IMG/VR virus record: IMGVR_UViG_3300045988_052780
DNA length: 64,000 nt
DNA from: a virus
Strand: one strand, 5' to 3'
Part shown: piece after piece, positions 8,069 through 18,900 of the stretch
Position numbering within the stretch: position 1 is the stretch's first letter
Layout of the letters: each line of letters opens with the position of its first letter
Made by a program: the position numbers and the translations under genes
The notes under the pieces: generated by a model
Database searches by the model: none
What the model was told of the DNA's origin: nothing
Seen by the model: the letters and a program-made list of their open reading frames with translations, nothing else

Positions 8069-9163
8069 ATGGAAATGGAATTAGCGGAATTAGGATTTGA
8101 CGACGAAGACATCTTAGGTGAAGAAGGTCAAGTACATACTGGAGACCCAGATGATGATGTCAAACGATGGATGGAAGGAGATGTGCCAGAAGGTGACTAT
8201 CTGGACAATAACTCCGATAACAATCCTGATAATAATCCAGACGAAGAAGACGACTTACTTACTAGTGTACTAAAAGCCAAAGGAATTAATCCAGAAGCTA
8301 TTAAGGTACGTAATGACGAGGGGGAGATTGAAGAAATACCTTTCACTAGTCTTACTAAGGAGGAACAATTAGATTTACTCAATTACAGTCCAGCCGAGGA
8401 CGAATACGGTCTAGAACCTGAAGAGATAAATCTGATTAACGAACTCAGACAGAATAATCTAAGTGTACAAGATTATTTAGAGGCACACAGACAACAAGCT
8501 ATCCAAGACTATCTCGATGGATTAGAAGAACAGCCGCAGTATCAAGTAGATGATTTGTCAGATGAACAACTATTCTTAGCAGATTTGAAAGCAAACGTCC
8601 CAGACCTCACAGACGAAGAAGCTCAAGCCCAGTTGGATTTAGAGAAACAGAATGAAGCTCTGTTTACTAAGAAGATGGCGGGCCTTCGTAATGTCTATAA
8701 AGAAAGAGAGGATGCTCTTATTCAGCAGACTCAGCAGGACTACGAAGAGAAACAAAGACAAGCTGATGAAGCTTATGAGAACTCTATTTTAGAGGCTATT
8801 CGTGATAATGAGACTATAGATTTCGGGGAGTCTGAACTTACCCTATCAGAGGACGATATGAATGAAATTGCTTCCTTTATCTTAGATTCAGATGCTGCTG
8901 GAGTCAGATATCTTGCTAGGGCTATACAGGACCCACAAATGCTAGTACAAATGGCATGGTTTGCCCTTAAAGGACCTGAAGCATTACGTCAGATTTCAGA
9001 ATATTATAAACATCAGATAACTGAGCAATCTCGTACCAATTATAAGAAAGGGTATGAAGATGCTAAGGCTGGTAGAACCTCTAATCCTACTAAGACTGTA
9101 GTTAAGCGTCCAGAACCTAGGACGGTACCTACTAAAGGAATGAATATTAACGATTTAGATTAA
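8069..9163 (+). CDS. Highly acidic protein, possibly a scaffolding protein
   Basis: The ORF-track start at 8042 is a TTG that overlaps the putative -7 box. The first ATG at 8069 (MEMELAELGFDDEDILGEEG...) is the more likely start. The protein is very Asp/Glu-rich and predicted helical, and it sits immediately upstream of the putative major capsid gene, which is the typical scaffold position. Confidence 0.5.
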   Translation: MEMELAELGFDDEDILGEEGQVHTGDPDDDVKRWMEGDVPEGDYLDNNSDNNPDNNPDEEDDLLTSVLKAKGINPEAIKVRNDEGEIEEIPFTSLTKEEQLDLLNYSPAEDEYGLEPEEINLINELRQNNLSVQDYLEAHRQQAIQDYLDGLEEQPQYQVDDLSDEQLFLADLKANVPDLTDEEAQAQLDLEKQNEALFTKKMAGLRNVYKEREDALIQQTQQDYEEKQRQADEAYENSILEAIRDNETIDFGESELTLSEDDMNEIASFILDSDAAGVRYLARAIQDPQMLVQMAWFALKGPEALRQISEYYKHQITEQSRTNYKKGYEDAKAGRTSNPTKTVVKRPEPRTVPTKGMNINDLD

Positions 9164-9179
9164 ATCTAATTAAATAACT

Positions 9180-10601
9180 ATGATAGTAGCAAATTTCGTA
9201 ACCAATCGCGCCACTATGGGCGACACTAGAACTTATGAGGATTTCTATAAGTTCCTAGGCACTAAACCAACTAGACTTGGTGTAGTATCAAGACTCTACC
9301 CAGAGTTAACTGCCTCCTACTTAACTGAATCTTTGAGAAATATCTTCTACATGGATTCTAAATCAAATAATAAGTACAGAAGCATTGATAGCATGTACTT
9401 TGAATGGGAAGTAGAAACCAATTACATTAAGAGAGTTGAGTTCGCAGATGTACCAACTGAAACTGGAGAGAACGGAACTGAGATTGTAATGGCTTTCAAA
9501 GAGAACTATTACCAGAAGTACGATATCTTCAAGATTGACAAAACAATGCAGCAATGCTTCGTTACTCAGAGACCAGTTCGTAAAGCCGATAATTACTGGG
9601 AAGTAACTGTTAGATTGATTGATAATGATTATTCAAGTGTTCTTGATCTTAGCGGTTGCCAAATTGGTGATACTACAAGATTCCAATCCAATGCTATGCC
9701 TGAAGCACATGAAGAAGGATATGTAAAATATCAATCTAATATTGAACGTCATAGAGGATACATTACTACTCACAGATGTGATGATAGTTATACTGCTCTA
9801 TATGCTGCTCAAGAAGATGTTCTTATCAAGATTGGAGAAGGTAAGGATAAGGGAAGTATGTCTGAAACCATGTATAGAATGGATAAGACCCAATCCAACT
9901 TGCTGAAGAACTTCTTGTATGTAAGAAATAATGGTCTGCTGTTCAATAAGACTAATGTTGATAAGAATGGTAAACCGACACTGTTCGATCCAGATACTGG
10001 TCGTCCTATCTATATTGGTGATGGTATCATCCCACAAGTTGAGAGATTTGCATCTAAATATGCATATAACAAACTTACAGTTGAAGCATTCACTACAGCT
10101 ATTGCTATGATGAATGAGAAGAGTGAGAACCCAACTGGTAACAAGTACGTGCTTATCTGTAACGAGAAGGCATGGGGAGATGTACAAACTTGTCTGTCAG
10201 AGTGGCTTGCTAGATTCAAAACTTGCGGAACTTATCTGTGGTCTAAGAAAGCTAACGGTTATGTTGACGTAGGTGCTACATTCCAATCTTATGAAATCGG
10301 TGGTAATACAATTTCATTCAAGGTTGATAGAACATTCTCTCGTGAATGGGGTAGCGATAAGGGCTTCATGTTGATGCTTGACTTGACTGCTGATAAAGTA
10401 AGTGGTGAACCTGCTATTCAAATGTTTACGTTGAAGGGTGGAGACTTTATTTCTAACAAGTATCCGGGTGTTGGTGGTCTTGACGGACTGAGCTCTGGAG
10501 TTGTTTCAAGTCCTGTAGCTGCTTCTAAGCTTATCAACTGGGGTTACTCTGGTGTAGGTGTATTCTCACCTTACAGAAGCTTCATTATGAAAGAAGTGTA
10601 A
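9180..10601 (+). CDS. Putative major capsid protein
   Basis: The 473-aa ORF follows the acidic scaffold-like gene and is followed by a strong hairpin terminator at 10621-10656. Its size is in the range known for crAss-like major capsid proteins (~500 aa). No motif-level proof is possible by eye. Confidence 0.45.
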   Translation: MIVANFVTNRATMGDTRTYEDFYKFLGTKPTRLGVVSRLYPELTASYLTESLRNIFYMDSKSNNKYRSIDSMYFEWEVETNYIKRVEFADVPTETGENGTEIVMAFKENYYQKYDIFKIDKTMQQCFVTQRPVRKADNYWEVTVRLIDNDYSSVLDLSGCQIGDTTRFQSNAMPEAHEEGYVKYQSNIERHRGYITTHRCDDSYTALYAAQEDVLIKIGEGKDKGSMSETMYRMDKTQSNLLKNFLYVRNNGLLFNKTNVDKNGKPTLFDPDTGRPIYIGDGIIPQVERFASKYAYNKLTVEAFTTAIAMMNEKSENPTGNKYVLICNEKAWGDVQTCLSEWLARFKTCGTYLWSKKANGYVDVGATFQSYEIGGNTISFKVDRTFSREWGSDKGFMLMLDLTADKVSGEPAIQMFTLKGGDFISNKYPGVGGLDGLSSGVVSSPVAASKLINWGYSGVGVFSPYRSFIMKEV

Positions 10602-10620
10602 TAAGTTTATAATAGATAAT

Positions 10621-10656
10621 GTGGGGAAGGCATAAGACCTTCCTCACACTATTTTA
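10621..10656 (+). terminator. Rho-independent terminator
   Basis: A 10-bp stem pairs GTGGGGAAGG (10621-10630) with CCTTCCTCAC (10638-10647), with one G.U pair and a 7-nt loop. It is followed by ACTATTTT. Confidence 0.55.
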
Positions 10657-10695
10657 ACAAGATATTAATAATATAATTAAAATGATAGAATTAAT

Positions 10696-11511
10696 ATGGC
10701 TGATGTATTAGACAACGTAATTGTCTTAAGAAGTGTATTCGGTAAAGTGGGACAGAAGTATTTCTTAAATCCAGTAAGAGACCCTCAAACTGGCAGATAT
10801 CCAGACTGTGTGAGACCTGTAGATAGTAAGGGTGATATAATCTTTCAATCTGAAGCTGATAAAGGGAAACCGCTTATTGCGGAGAATAGAGTATTTATTA
10901 TAGAAGACGGAAAGACATTTAACCTAAATGATCCTTGGCAAGCCGCTGAGTGGTATTCTATTCAACACTGTCCGATGATTGCTATGTCACGTGATCAACG
11001 TGATAAGAACGGAAACTTAGTAATTGATGGAGACTCTAAAAGGTATGGTAGTGCAGAACTCTATGTAGAGAGACCAGGCTACGAAACTAATAAACGTGTT
11101 AATAAGAGAAGACTTATTCATGACGCGGAAGAATACATTATTAGAGACCCACAAGGTGCTGATGGTAGACTTAAAATGGCTAAGTTGCTTGGACGTAACA
11201 TGCGTAATGCTCCAGATGCCGATGTAGAAGACTTCTTGATGAATATTGCATCTAAAGAACCAGAGAAGATTATTAATCTTTATCGTGGTGATGATATTGC
11301 ACTTAGACTGCTATTTATTGATGCTAAGGACAAACGTGTCATTTATGTGAAGAATAAAGTTTATCTATATAGTGAGAATCAAATTGTACTTGGAGCAACT
11401 GACGACGCGGTAATTTCTTGGATGAAGAATCCTACTAATGCTAAAGTACTTGAACTCATTAAGAGAGATGTTTATCCTGAGTTCTATGATGACAAAGGAG
11501 CAAAGAAATAA
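10696..11511 (+). CDS. Hypothetical capsid-module protein
   Basis: ATG ORF of 271 aa, co-oriented. No recognisable motif. Confidence 0.45.
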   Translation: MADVLDNVIVLRSVFGKVGQKYFLNPVRDPQTGRYPDCVRPVDSKGDIIFQSEADKGKPLIAENRVFIIEDGKTFNLNDPWQAAEWYSIQHCPMIAMSRDQRDKNGNLVIDGDSKRYGSAELYVERPGYETNKRVNKRRLIHDAEEYIIRDPQGADGRLKMAKLLGRNMRNAPDADVEDFLMNIASKEPEKIINLYRGDDIALRLLFIDAKDKRVIYVKNKVYLYSENQIVLGATDDAVISWMKNPTNAKVLELIKRDVYPEFYDDKGAKK

Positions 11512-11530
11512 ATAACGTAAACTACTAAGA

Positions 11531-12505
11531 ATGACAGCTAGACAGGTCTATGAAGGAGTTCTGATAGAACTTAATAAGGTAGAGGCTCCCAGTTTACTTT
11601 TAGAAGATTTTAATTACCTATTTAACAAAGCCGTCTATCAATACATTAACACTCGCTATAATATCTATGATATTAATCAGCAAACTACAGATGATGTACG
11701 TGTATTGAAAGCTACAGCAATTTTACCAGTAAAGCTGGCTGCTGATGCATATACTGACGATGATGTTACTGGCAATGGTGTTACTGCTTCTAATGCACTT
11801 TATGGAGCCACTTATGAGGTAATACTTCCTTCAGATTACTTACATATTCTTAACTGCGTATGTAATTATAAAGTTAAGAAGCAGTTTAAATGCTATAATC
11901 CTGATTCTTTTGTACAATTCTCTGCTAGAAGATTGACATCTGACTTATGGTCTCAGATTATTAACAACTTCTACATGAGACCTATGTACAAGAGACCGTA
12001 TTTCTACATTCATAATGTAAATACAAATGTAGCTAATCCCACTAATCCTTACCAAGCTTCCGCTAATAGTGGTACTGATATTACATCAGCAACCACCTCA
12101 GACGGAACTACTACTGTTACAGGAGGACTACCCAAAACTATTAAAATCGGTAATAATGCTGTAGACGCTGTAGAAAGGTCTGGACAAATTAGATTTGGTA
12201 ACACTTCTCAAGTTAGAATGGAGATTAGATACGGTAAAGACACATCACTATTTGAACTAGTTAATGTGTACATTGATTATCTGAAAACTCCTCAGAATAT
12301 CAGACTTACACAGGAGCAATTAGACTTAACAGAAGATACATCTCAAATGATGGAATTCCCAGATTATGTGTGCCAAGAGATTATAAATGTGCTGGTTAAA
12401 TTAGTCATGGAGAACTCTAGTGACCCAAGACTTCAAACTCATATTCCAGTTAATACGACTATTGCTAATCCAGCTCAAGCACAGTCACAACCTAATAAAA
12501 AGTAA
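11531..12505 (+). CDS. Hypothetical capsid-module protein with a Thr/Ser-rich segment
   Basis: ATG ORF of 324 aa. Contains the segment ANSGTDITSATTSDGTTTVTGG. Confidence 0.45.
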   Translation: MTARQVYEGVLIELNKVEAPSLLLEDFNYLFNKAVYQYINTRYNIYDINQQTTDDVRVLKATAILPVKLAADAYTDDDVTGNGVTASNALYGATYEVILPSDYLHILNCVCNYKVKKQFKCYNPDSFVQFSARRLTSDLWSQIINNFYMRPMYKRPYFYIHNVNTNVANPTNPYQASANSGTDITSATTSDGTTTVTGGLPKTIKIGNNAVDAVERSGQIRFGNTSQVRMEIRYGKDTSLFELVNVYIDYLKTPQNIRLTQEQLDLTEDTSQMMEFPDYVCQEIINVLVKLVMENSSDPRLQTHIPVNTTIANPAQAQSQPNKK

Positions 12506-12511
12506 TAAATT

Positions 12512-13414
12512 ATGTTTAAATGGACTAACACACTGATTGTTAATTCTAATTTAGATTCTAGCGGTAAAGCTAAATGGTCTGCACAACCAGAGGATACAGG
12601 TAGTGGTGTTGTAGGCAGCTTTGAATTTAAAAGAGTAAACAAATTCCTCAAACCTAATGTAGTACATATTTATAAAAGAGCTGCATCAGACCCAGTACTT
12701 GGTAAAGTAACATTTACTATGGATAACCAGGGTGTAGGTAACTATAGAGTAGCTCTCTACATTAGATTGTCAGGGAGTCAGAATTCTTACTACTCTAATG
12801 ACTTTGTATTTAAGGGTAAACCTCTTATGTACGAATTTGCTGTTAAGGATGCTTCTGCTACGGCAGCTGATATTGCTAAAGAGGCAGCTAGAGTAATTGA
12901 GAAGATTCAGACCATTTATGGAGACCACTGGATTAAAGCTAGTGCTAATGGTAACAATTTAGTTATTGAAGGAATGGATGAATATCAGCTATTTACTAAA
13001 GCCGAAATTCAGAAATTTGATCCAACTCTCAACACAGCTCTTGTAGGTGGAGAGTTTGTAACTATTGCAACAGCACTTCCTGCTGATGATCCAGACTACG
13101 ATGGAGTTAATACCATTGTTAAATCTAAAGAAGGATTCGGTACTTACTGGATGATTCTTAAAGACCTTAGACTGCCGACTTTGGAAGCTAGACGCTTTGC
13201 TGCTCTTAATGAAGAGGAGCTTCCAGTAGCTGGAGCTAAGTACAACCAATATACTATCTACTACTGCAAGGAAAGAGGTATTATGGGTGGTGATGCTGTA
13301 GGAGAAGTTACTAAGTCTATGACTACTCACGTATTCTACGTTAAAGAAGACTTGGCAGCTGATTTTGAAGCAGCTTTAGGTAACATCGGTACTGTAGAAG
13401 CTATTACAGACTAA
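12512..13414 (+). CDS. Hypothetical capsid-module protein, a candidate auxiliary or decoration capsid protein
   Basis: ATG ORF of 300 aa. It is followed immediately by the strongest terminator in the window (13428-13470), which suggests an abundant product. Confidence 0.45.
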   Translation: MFKWTNTLIVNSNLDSSGKAKWSAQPEDTGSGVVGSFEFKRVNKFLKPNVVHIYKRAASDPVLGKVTFTMDNQGVGNYRVALYIRLSGSQNSYYSNDFVFKGKPLMYEFAVKDASATAADIAKEAARVIEKIQTIYGDHWIKASANGNNLVIEGMDEYQLFTKAEIQKFDPTLNTALVGGEFVTIATALPADDPDYDGVNTIVKSKEGFGTYWMILKDLRLPTLEARRFAALNEEELPVAGAKYNQYTIYYCKERGIMGGDAVGEVTKSMTTHVFYVKEDLAADFEAALGNIGTVEAITD

Positions 13415-13427
13415 ACAATCTAAATTA

Positions 13428-13470
13428 AAATAGGCAGTAGCACACCAATGCTGCTGCCTATTTCTATTTT
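13428..13470 (+). terminator. Rho-independent terminator
   Basis: The stem pairs ATAGGCAGTAGC (13430-13441) with GCTGCTGCCTAT (13450-13461), with one mismatch and an 8-nt loop. It is followed by TTCTATTTT. Confidence 0.6.
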
Positions 13471-13476
13471 ATACCT

Positions 13477-14154
13477 ATGGGATATTACGAGAAATTAGCA
13501 TCGGCTATATATAATGATATTATGAGTGGACTTAGAGGCTATAGTTCTAATCCATCTATGTCATTAGAGCAGTTAGAAGATGATATCATAGACGAAAGAC
13601 TCCAAATTATTAAGGAGTATTTTATTAAAGGCCTAGTTCCTAAAAAGGACTTATTAATGACAATTCCATGTATTCAAGTAGACTGTAAAAGTATTGATAG
13701 ATGTAGATGCAATGCTAGTGTATGTGACCAGGAAATAGCTCATTTTGAATTGCCTCAATTATTAACAGAGTTTGGAGACGATGGTATAGAATATATAGGT
13801 ACTACTGATATGACATACCCATTTATATATTATACTAATCCTACATTAATGACTTATCATAAATACAGAAGGAGAGGCAAACGTAAGCCTTATGTATGGA
13901 TAGATACTACTCCTAATGAGAATAATATGTATGATGGGTTTATATTTAATGCCCCGCTTATCAAGCAATTAACAGTAGTGGCTATACCTAAAGACCCTAG
14001 ACAACTTGATTACTATGGATGTTGTTCACCAGTAGACATTAATAATATGACCTTTATTGATGCAGAAATTAAGAAGAGACTAACTGAGAAGAAGATAAGA
14101 TATTATAGAAGCTTACAGGCCCCGATAGTTCCTAATGATCAAATAGCAAGATAA
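13477..14154 (+). CDS. Hypothetical protein with a Cys cluster
   Basis: ATG ORF of 225 aa. Contains the Cys-rich segment CIQVDCKSIDRCRCNASVCDQE. Confidence 0.4.
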   Translation: MGYYEKLASAIYNDIMSGLRGYSSNPSMSLEQLEDDIIDERLQIIKEYFIKGLVPKKDLLMTIPCIQVDCKSIDRCRCNASVCDQEIAHFELPQLLTEFGDDGIEYIGTTDMTYPFIYYTNPTLMTYHKYRRRGKRKPYVWIDTTPNENNMYDGFIFNAPLIKQLTVVAIPKDPRQLDYYGCCSPVDINNMTFIDAEIKKRLTEKKIRYYRSLQAPIVPNDQIAR

Positions 14155-14208
14155 TTAGGATATAATATATAAATGCATGTCTCTTAAAAGAGATATTAAC
14201 TTACACGT

Positions 14209-14901
14209 ATGTTAGAGAATTTTAATGCAGCATATTATACTGCTAATCTATTATATAATCTGGAACTAAAGCCAGAGGAATTTGAAGAAATTGGTCTAAT
14301 TGCATGGAATAAAATAGGCAACAGAAGGACTAGACTATATAGATATACTACTAGCATTCAATGTCCTGATAATACTGTAGAACTACCATGTAATTGTGAT
14401 ATAATAGAAGCAGTTACATATAATTTTGAAGAATGGAACTACGTTACTAATGACACAGTTAACGGAGATTATGCTTCACAGTTTATTGAGAATTACATAG
14501 AGACTAGAAAGATGTATAGTGATCCACTCTATACAAGTGGTAAATATGCCAAATATGAAAGAGTAGGAGATACTTTATACTTTGACAAGAACTATGGTCA
14601 AGTCAATATCTTATATAAAGGCATAATATTAGATGAGGAAGGTCTTCCAGAGATTAATGAGAAAGAGAAAGAAGCTATAGCTTGCTACTGTGCAGTTACT
14701 AAGAGGTTTAAAGAAGGTTGGAAGAATCACAATCAGAACATGTTGCAAGAGGCACAATTATTAGAACAAAGATGGCTCAAATTGTGTGATGCAGCTAGAG
14801 TTTCTATCTACATTAATCAAAATGAAATGAATACCATATTAGATGCTAAAACTAGTTGGAATAGAAAGATATTTAATAAATCATATAAACCAATGAAGTG
14901 A
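14209..14901 (+). CDS. Hypothetical protein
   Basis: ATG ORF of 230 aa. Confidence 0.4.
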   Translation: MLENFNAAYYTANLLYNLELKPEEFEEIGLIAWNKIGNRRTRLYRYTTSIQCPDNTVELPCNCDIIEAVTYNFEEWNYVTNDTVNGDYASQFIENYIETRKMYSDPLYTSGKYAKYERVGDTLYFDKNYGQVNILYKGIILDEEGLPEINEKEKEAIACYCAVTKRFKEGWKNHNQNMLQEAQLLEQRWLKLCDAARVSIYINQNEMNTILDAKTSWNRKIFNKSYKPMK

Positions 14902-14903
14902 TA

Positions 14904-15344
14904 ATGAATTATGCTTTAGGGTATGCCTTCAATATTCATGATATGTTTGCTAACTTTGATACTAGTAAACTTGATTTAGAAACTAAGAAGTGCGAGGAAT
15001 TAATAGGAAATAGACATAAAGAAGTAATTGCTAAGAAAGTATTTAAGTATGCAGTTAAATTAGTAATAGATGATGTTATTAATAATAGTGCTAGATTTGA
15101 ACTGCCAACTGGAGGTAAGAAGTCATTTATAGCTATGAAGAAATTTAGTGGAGATGATTTCAAGAATGCTAGAAGGCATGGTAAATGGAAGGATATAGAT
15201 TTCTTAAATTCTAATTTCTCAGCATATTCTATGATATTTAACTATCAGAATCATGGCATATTTAAAGAGAAATTAGTATACTTGGACAATATTAATAAAG
15301 ACATCATAACTGAGAATACAAATGCCGGAAAGCAGTATTATTAA
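14904..15344 (+). CDS. Hypothetical protein
   Basis: The ORF-track start at 14898 is a GTG overlapping the upstream stop. The first ATG is at 14904 (MNYALGY...). 146 aa. Confidence 0.35.
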   Translation: MNYALGYAFNIHDMFANFDTSKLDLETKKCEELIGNRHKEVIAKKVFKYAVKLVIDDVINNSARFELPTGGKKSFIAMKKFSGDDFKNARRHGKWKDIDFLNSNFSAYSMIFNYQNHGIFKEKLVYLDNINKDIITENTNAGKQYY

Positions 15345-15918
15345 GAAGTATACAGACTATATAGAAGCCGTTAAGAAAGAGTTTCCGTATCTTAGTAATG
15401 CTGATATTAGAAGGATTCTTAAGTATGGATGGAGACAAATATATATTATTAATGTATCTGGAGGCGATACTTTAATTAATAGTCATAAATATAAATATTG
15501 GTTCTATATAGGAGAACTAACACGTAATTCTATAAAGCATTTTAGATATTACAGAAAGAAGATGCGAACTAAAGTAAGAATGATGTATAAGAGAAAGAAT
15601 ATTCAGTGGGATGGATATTATTATATAGCTATTACAGATAAAGAATATGAAGACTTTATGGCATCAAAGAATAAAAGAGGGCGCAAGAAGAAATATTACA
15701 TATTCGAGAACAAGTTCATATATAAAATTCTAGACGAATGTAAGTTAACGTTCTCCGGCAATAAATACTTTCTTAAATTTAAAATGCCTATAGATTTAGG
15801 ATACTTTTATAAGAAGGATAAACTTAGATGTGAATCTCCAGAGATTGCATTTACAAGAGATAGGGCTGCTAAGTTTGAAGATATCTTAGTAAGCAATAAT
15901 AACTACGAATATTTATAA
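15322..15918 (+). CDS. Hypothetical, strongly basic Lys/Arg/Tyr-rich protein, possibly nucleic-acid binding
   Basis: ATG ORF of 198 aa overlapping the upstream gene by 23 nt. Very high K/R/Y content, for example YYRKKMRTKVRMMYKRKN and KNKRGRKKKYYIFENKFIYK. Confidence 0.35.
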   Translation: MPESSIIKKYTDYIEAVKKEFPYLSNADIRRILKYGWRQIYIINVSGGDTLINSHKYKYWFYIGELTRNSIKHFRYYRKKMRTKVRMMYKRKNIQWDGYYYIAITDKEYEDFMASKNKRGRKKKYYIFENKFIYKILDECKLTFSGNKYFLKFKMPIDLGYFYKKDKLRCESPEIAFTRDRAAKFEDILVSNNNYEYL

Positions 15919-15919
15919 T

Positions 15920-18900
15920 ATGAAGAAAGAAGCAATTAATACATTTGGGGAAGGAATAATAATGGATTTAAATCCATTGACTACTCCTAGTAATGTGCTT
16001 ACTAATGCTCTCAATGCTACTATAATAACATATAATGGCAATGAGTTTGTACTTCAAAATGATATGGGTAATGGTAGAGTAGAGACTGCTTACTTACCTG
16101 CTGGTTATGTTCCTGTTGGAATTAAAGAGTATGGAGGGATTATATATGTTGCATCTTATAACCCCCTTACTAATAAAGGACAGATAGGTTCATTTCCTTC
16201 CCCTGAACGAAACATTAGTAGTCAAGAATTAGAAAGAGCTAAAGTAATTATATCTCCAAGTAACTTTAAATATTTAAACGGAATTTTAGATCAAACTATA
16301 GTAAAGGTTGAAATATTCCCCAAAGATACTATTTTACGCTCTGGAGATAAGTTTACTATACTTCTAGACTCTGCAAATGTTAATAGCTTAAAGCTATTTA
16401 TATCAAATTTCTTAAATGCGTCCGGAAGTAAGGCAACATCTCCGAAGAATAAACTACTAACTCTGTCTGTAGCAGTATTAGACTCTAATAATAATCTTAG
16501 AGACATTACTAGCCAATTAAAACGATTTGATGCTAATAATAAAGTTATAACATTTGATGCATCAGCATCTCCAATATTGAAGTTTAATTCTGGATACTTT
16601 ATTCAGACTATGAGTAATTCTGAAAGTACAGATGTAGACGAATTTAGAAAGAAACATGCAGTAAATACCTATAATAATAAAGTATTTGGGAATTTATACT
16701 TAGTAGCTAGTTTAAATGTTATAGACTCTATAGGAGTTTCTACATTCGGATACAGAAACACTACAGATGCAGATGTAAGTTATGATGATATAGAGGTAAC
16801 TGTTCCGGCTAAAAATGCGGCTGTTATCTTTGAAGTGGAGTATAAATACAATTGTCCAGACGGAATTTATGGTTCTCCGGACAGTAGCATAGTTACAAAC
16901 ATTGCTGATGTAAATACATCTTATAATTCCTATTACGGTAACTCTTCTGAATATTCTCCCAGCAATGTTATTCTAGGGACTCAGTTCAGTACTTCCAGGG
17001 ATTCTAGCAAAGCTACTTATACATTGCCATTTCATACAAATCCTGCTTCTGACAAATCATGGCCTATATACGACTTAAATACTGGTTTATATGACAGAAA
17101 GGTTAGAGGACAACTCAATTTGTCAATAAAGGAGGACGTAGAGAATGATACTTTAGTGTATAGTGCTATTCCGTGTATGGAGTATACTAAGTTACCTGGA
17201 TTAGAAATTAATGGGTCTATTAACTTAGCAAAGCTAGGTAGTGGTGATATAAGTATGAAAGTTTGGAGATATTATTGTAATCCAGATTCTATGACACTTA
17301 CTTGGGGGCTTGAAGCTTATCCTAGACACGGTACAGCTATAGAATCTGTAATATTTGAATTTTATGATATATTCACTGCTTCAAAGGTAATGACATATAC
17401 AGCTCCAAGAAGAAGAAGTTACAATGGTTCATTTACCGAAACTTTTAATTTTGGAGTTCTACAACCAAGAAGACTGTATCTAGTTAGAATAGCTTATAAA
17501 TTAAATACTGACAATAAAGACTACTACACTACAGTAGGATATAGATGGATGTTTACAACTACTCTATATAATGCCCAGTATTTTAGAACCGATGAATCAT
17601 TCGTAGATGACTTTGCTAATTTAGATGTAGATACTCTTAACAAGTTAGTATTTAATATAGAGGATGCACTTAAATTACTAAGTAGACTTCCTAGTGCTCC
17701 TATTATTAGCGACGAGTCTTATATGACTAATGAAGCTAAAGAATATAACACTTATAAGAACTCTAAAACTGAATTTGTATATTCAGTAAATCCAGTGCAT
17801 GAACTTGAAGGAGCTGAAAAGTATCCATTTAAAGTAAATGAAGCTAGTATTGAAACAGAAATAGAGGTATCTAGAGATAATGAAGAAACTAAGCCTAAAA
17901 TGACAATTCCTGAAATTACTCTAATAGGCACTACCAAACCAGGCAATATTAATGGATATAAGGAGTATAAATTCCAAATAGATAAAACTTCTACCTGGGA
18001 TGAGTCTAAGGATGATGTTGACGATAGTAAATTCTTCGATGCTAGTAACAACCTTATAGGACAACAATTTAAATTCGATTGGGATGATACTGCTAATAGA
18101 CTAAGGTTAACTGTGATTACTTTATCTAGACTATACACTAATACAGTTAGTACATCTATAACTCTAACAAACCCATATGTACCGTTTATTACTAAAGATA
18201 CTATTCCAGATGTATTTGGATTTAATCCGGTAGAGGATTTAGATGGAAGACTTATCAATACTAAAGAAATTGGATTTAGAACTAGGGACAGAGGTCGTGT
18301 TGAGAGAGAAATAATAGACTACTTCTGGAGAGATTCTACTAATGCCAAGAGTAGACCCAATTACTATGGAGGAATGGGAGATACTGGTGTATGGCAGATA
18401 AAGGAGAAGGACGATTTGCATGTTAGAGATTTTAGAGATAAAGTAAAAGAGGTTATTCAAAAGGTTATTGCTGAAAGACCTATATGTGTAATTGTCGGAA
18501 ATCCAGGAGCATACAATCATTCTAACGTATTTGATGATAGCTCTAACACCTATGAACATATAAAGAGTAAAAGTGATAAATTCTTAGGAGGGCGCTCTAA
18601 CCAAATATTGCTATGGTACGATGGTAACGATTATGTATGGGTAGAAGACTTCTGTTATGGTAATTCCTCATATCCTACCTTGGAAATGACTGAAATAGTG
18701 TACAGAACATTTAAAAATGTACTTATTCAAAAGGGGACAGCAGTAGCTCATACATTCTTCTCTTTGAATAAGAAACACTATGCATACAACGCTGAGTATG
18801 ATGCTTCAGTAGAAGGTAATCTTACTTGTTCTTCTACATATAGTGACGAGGTTTTAATTTCAGAGGATGGTTCCTTTATATATACTAGCGACTCTATTAA

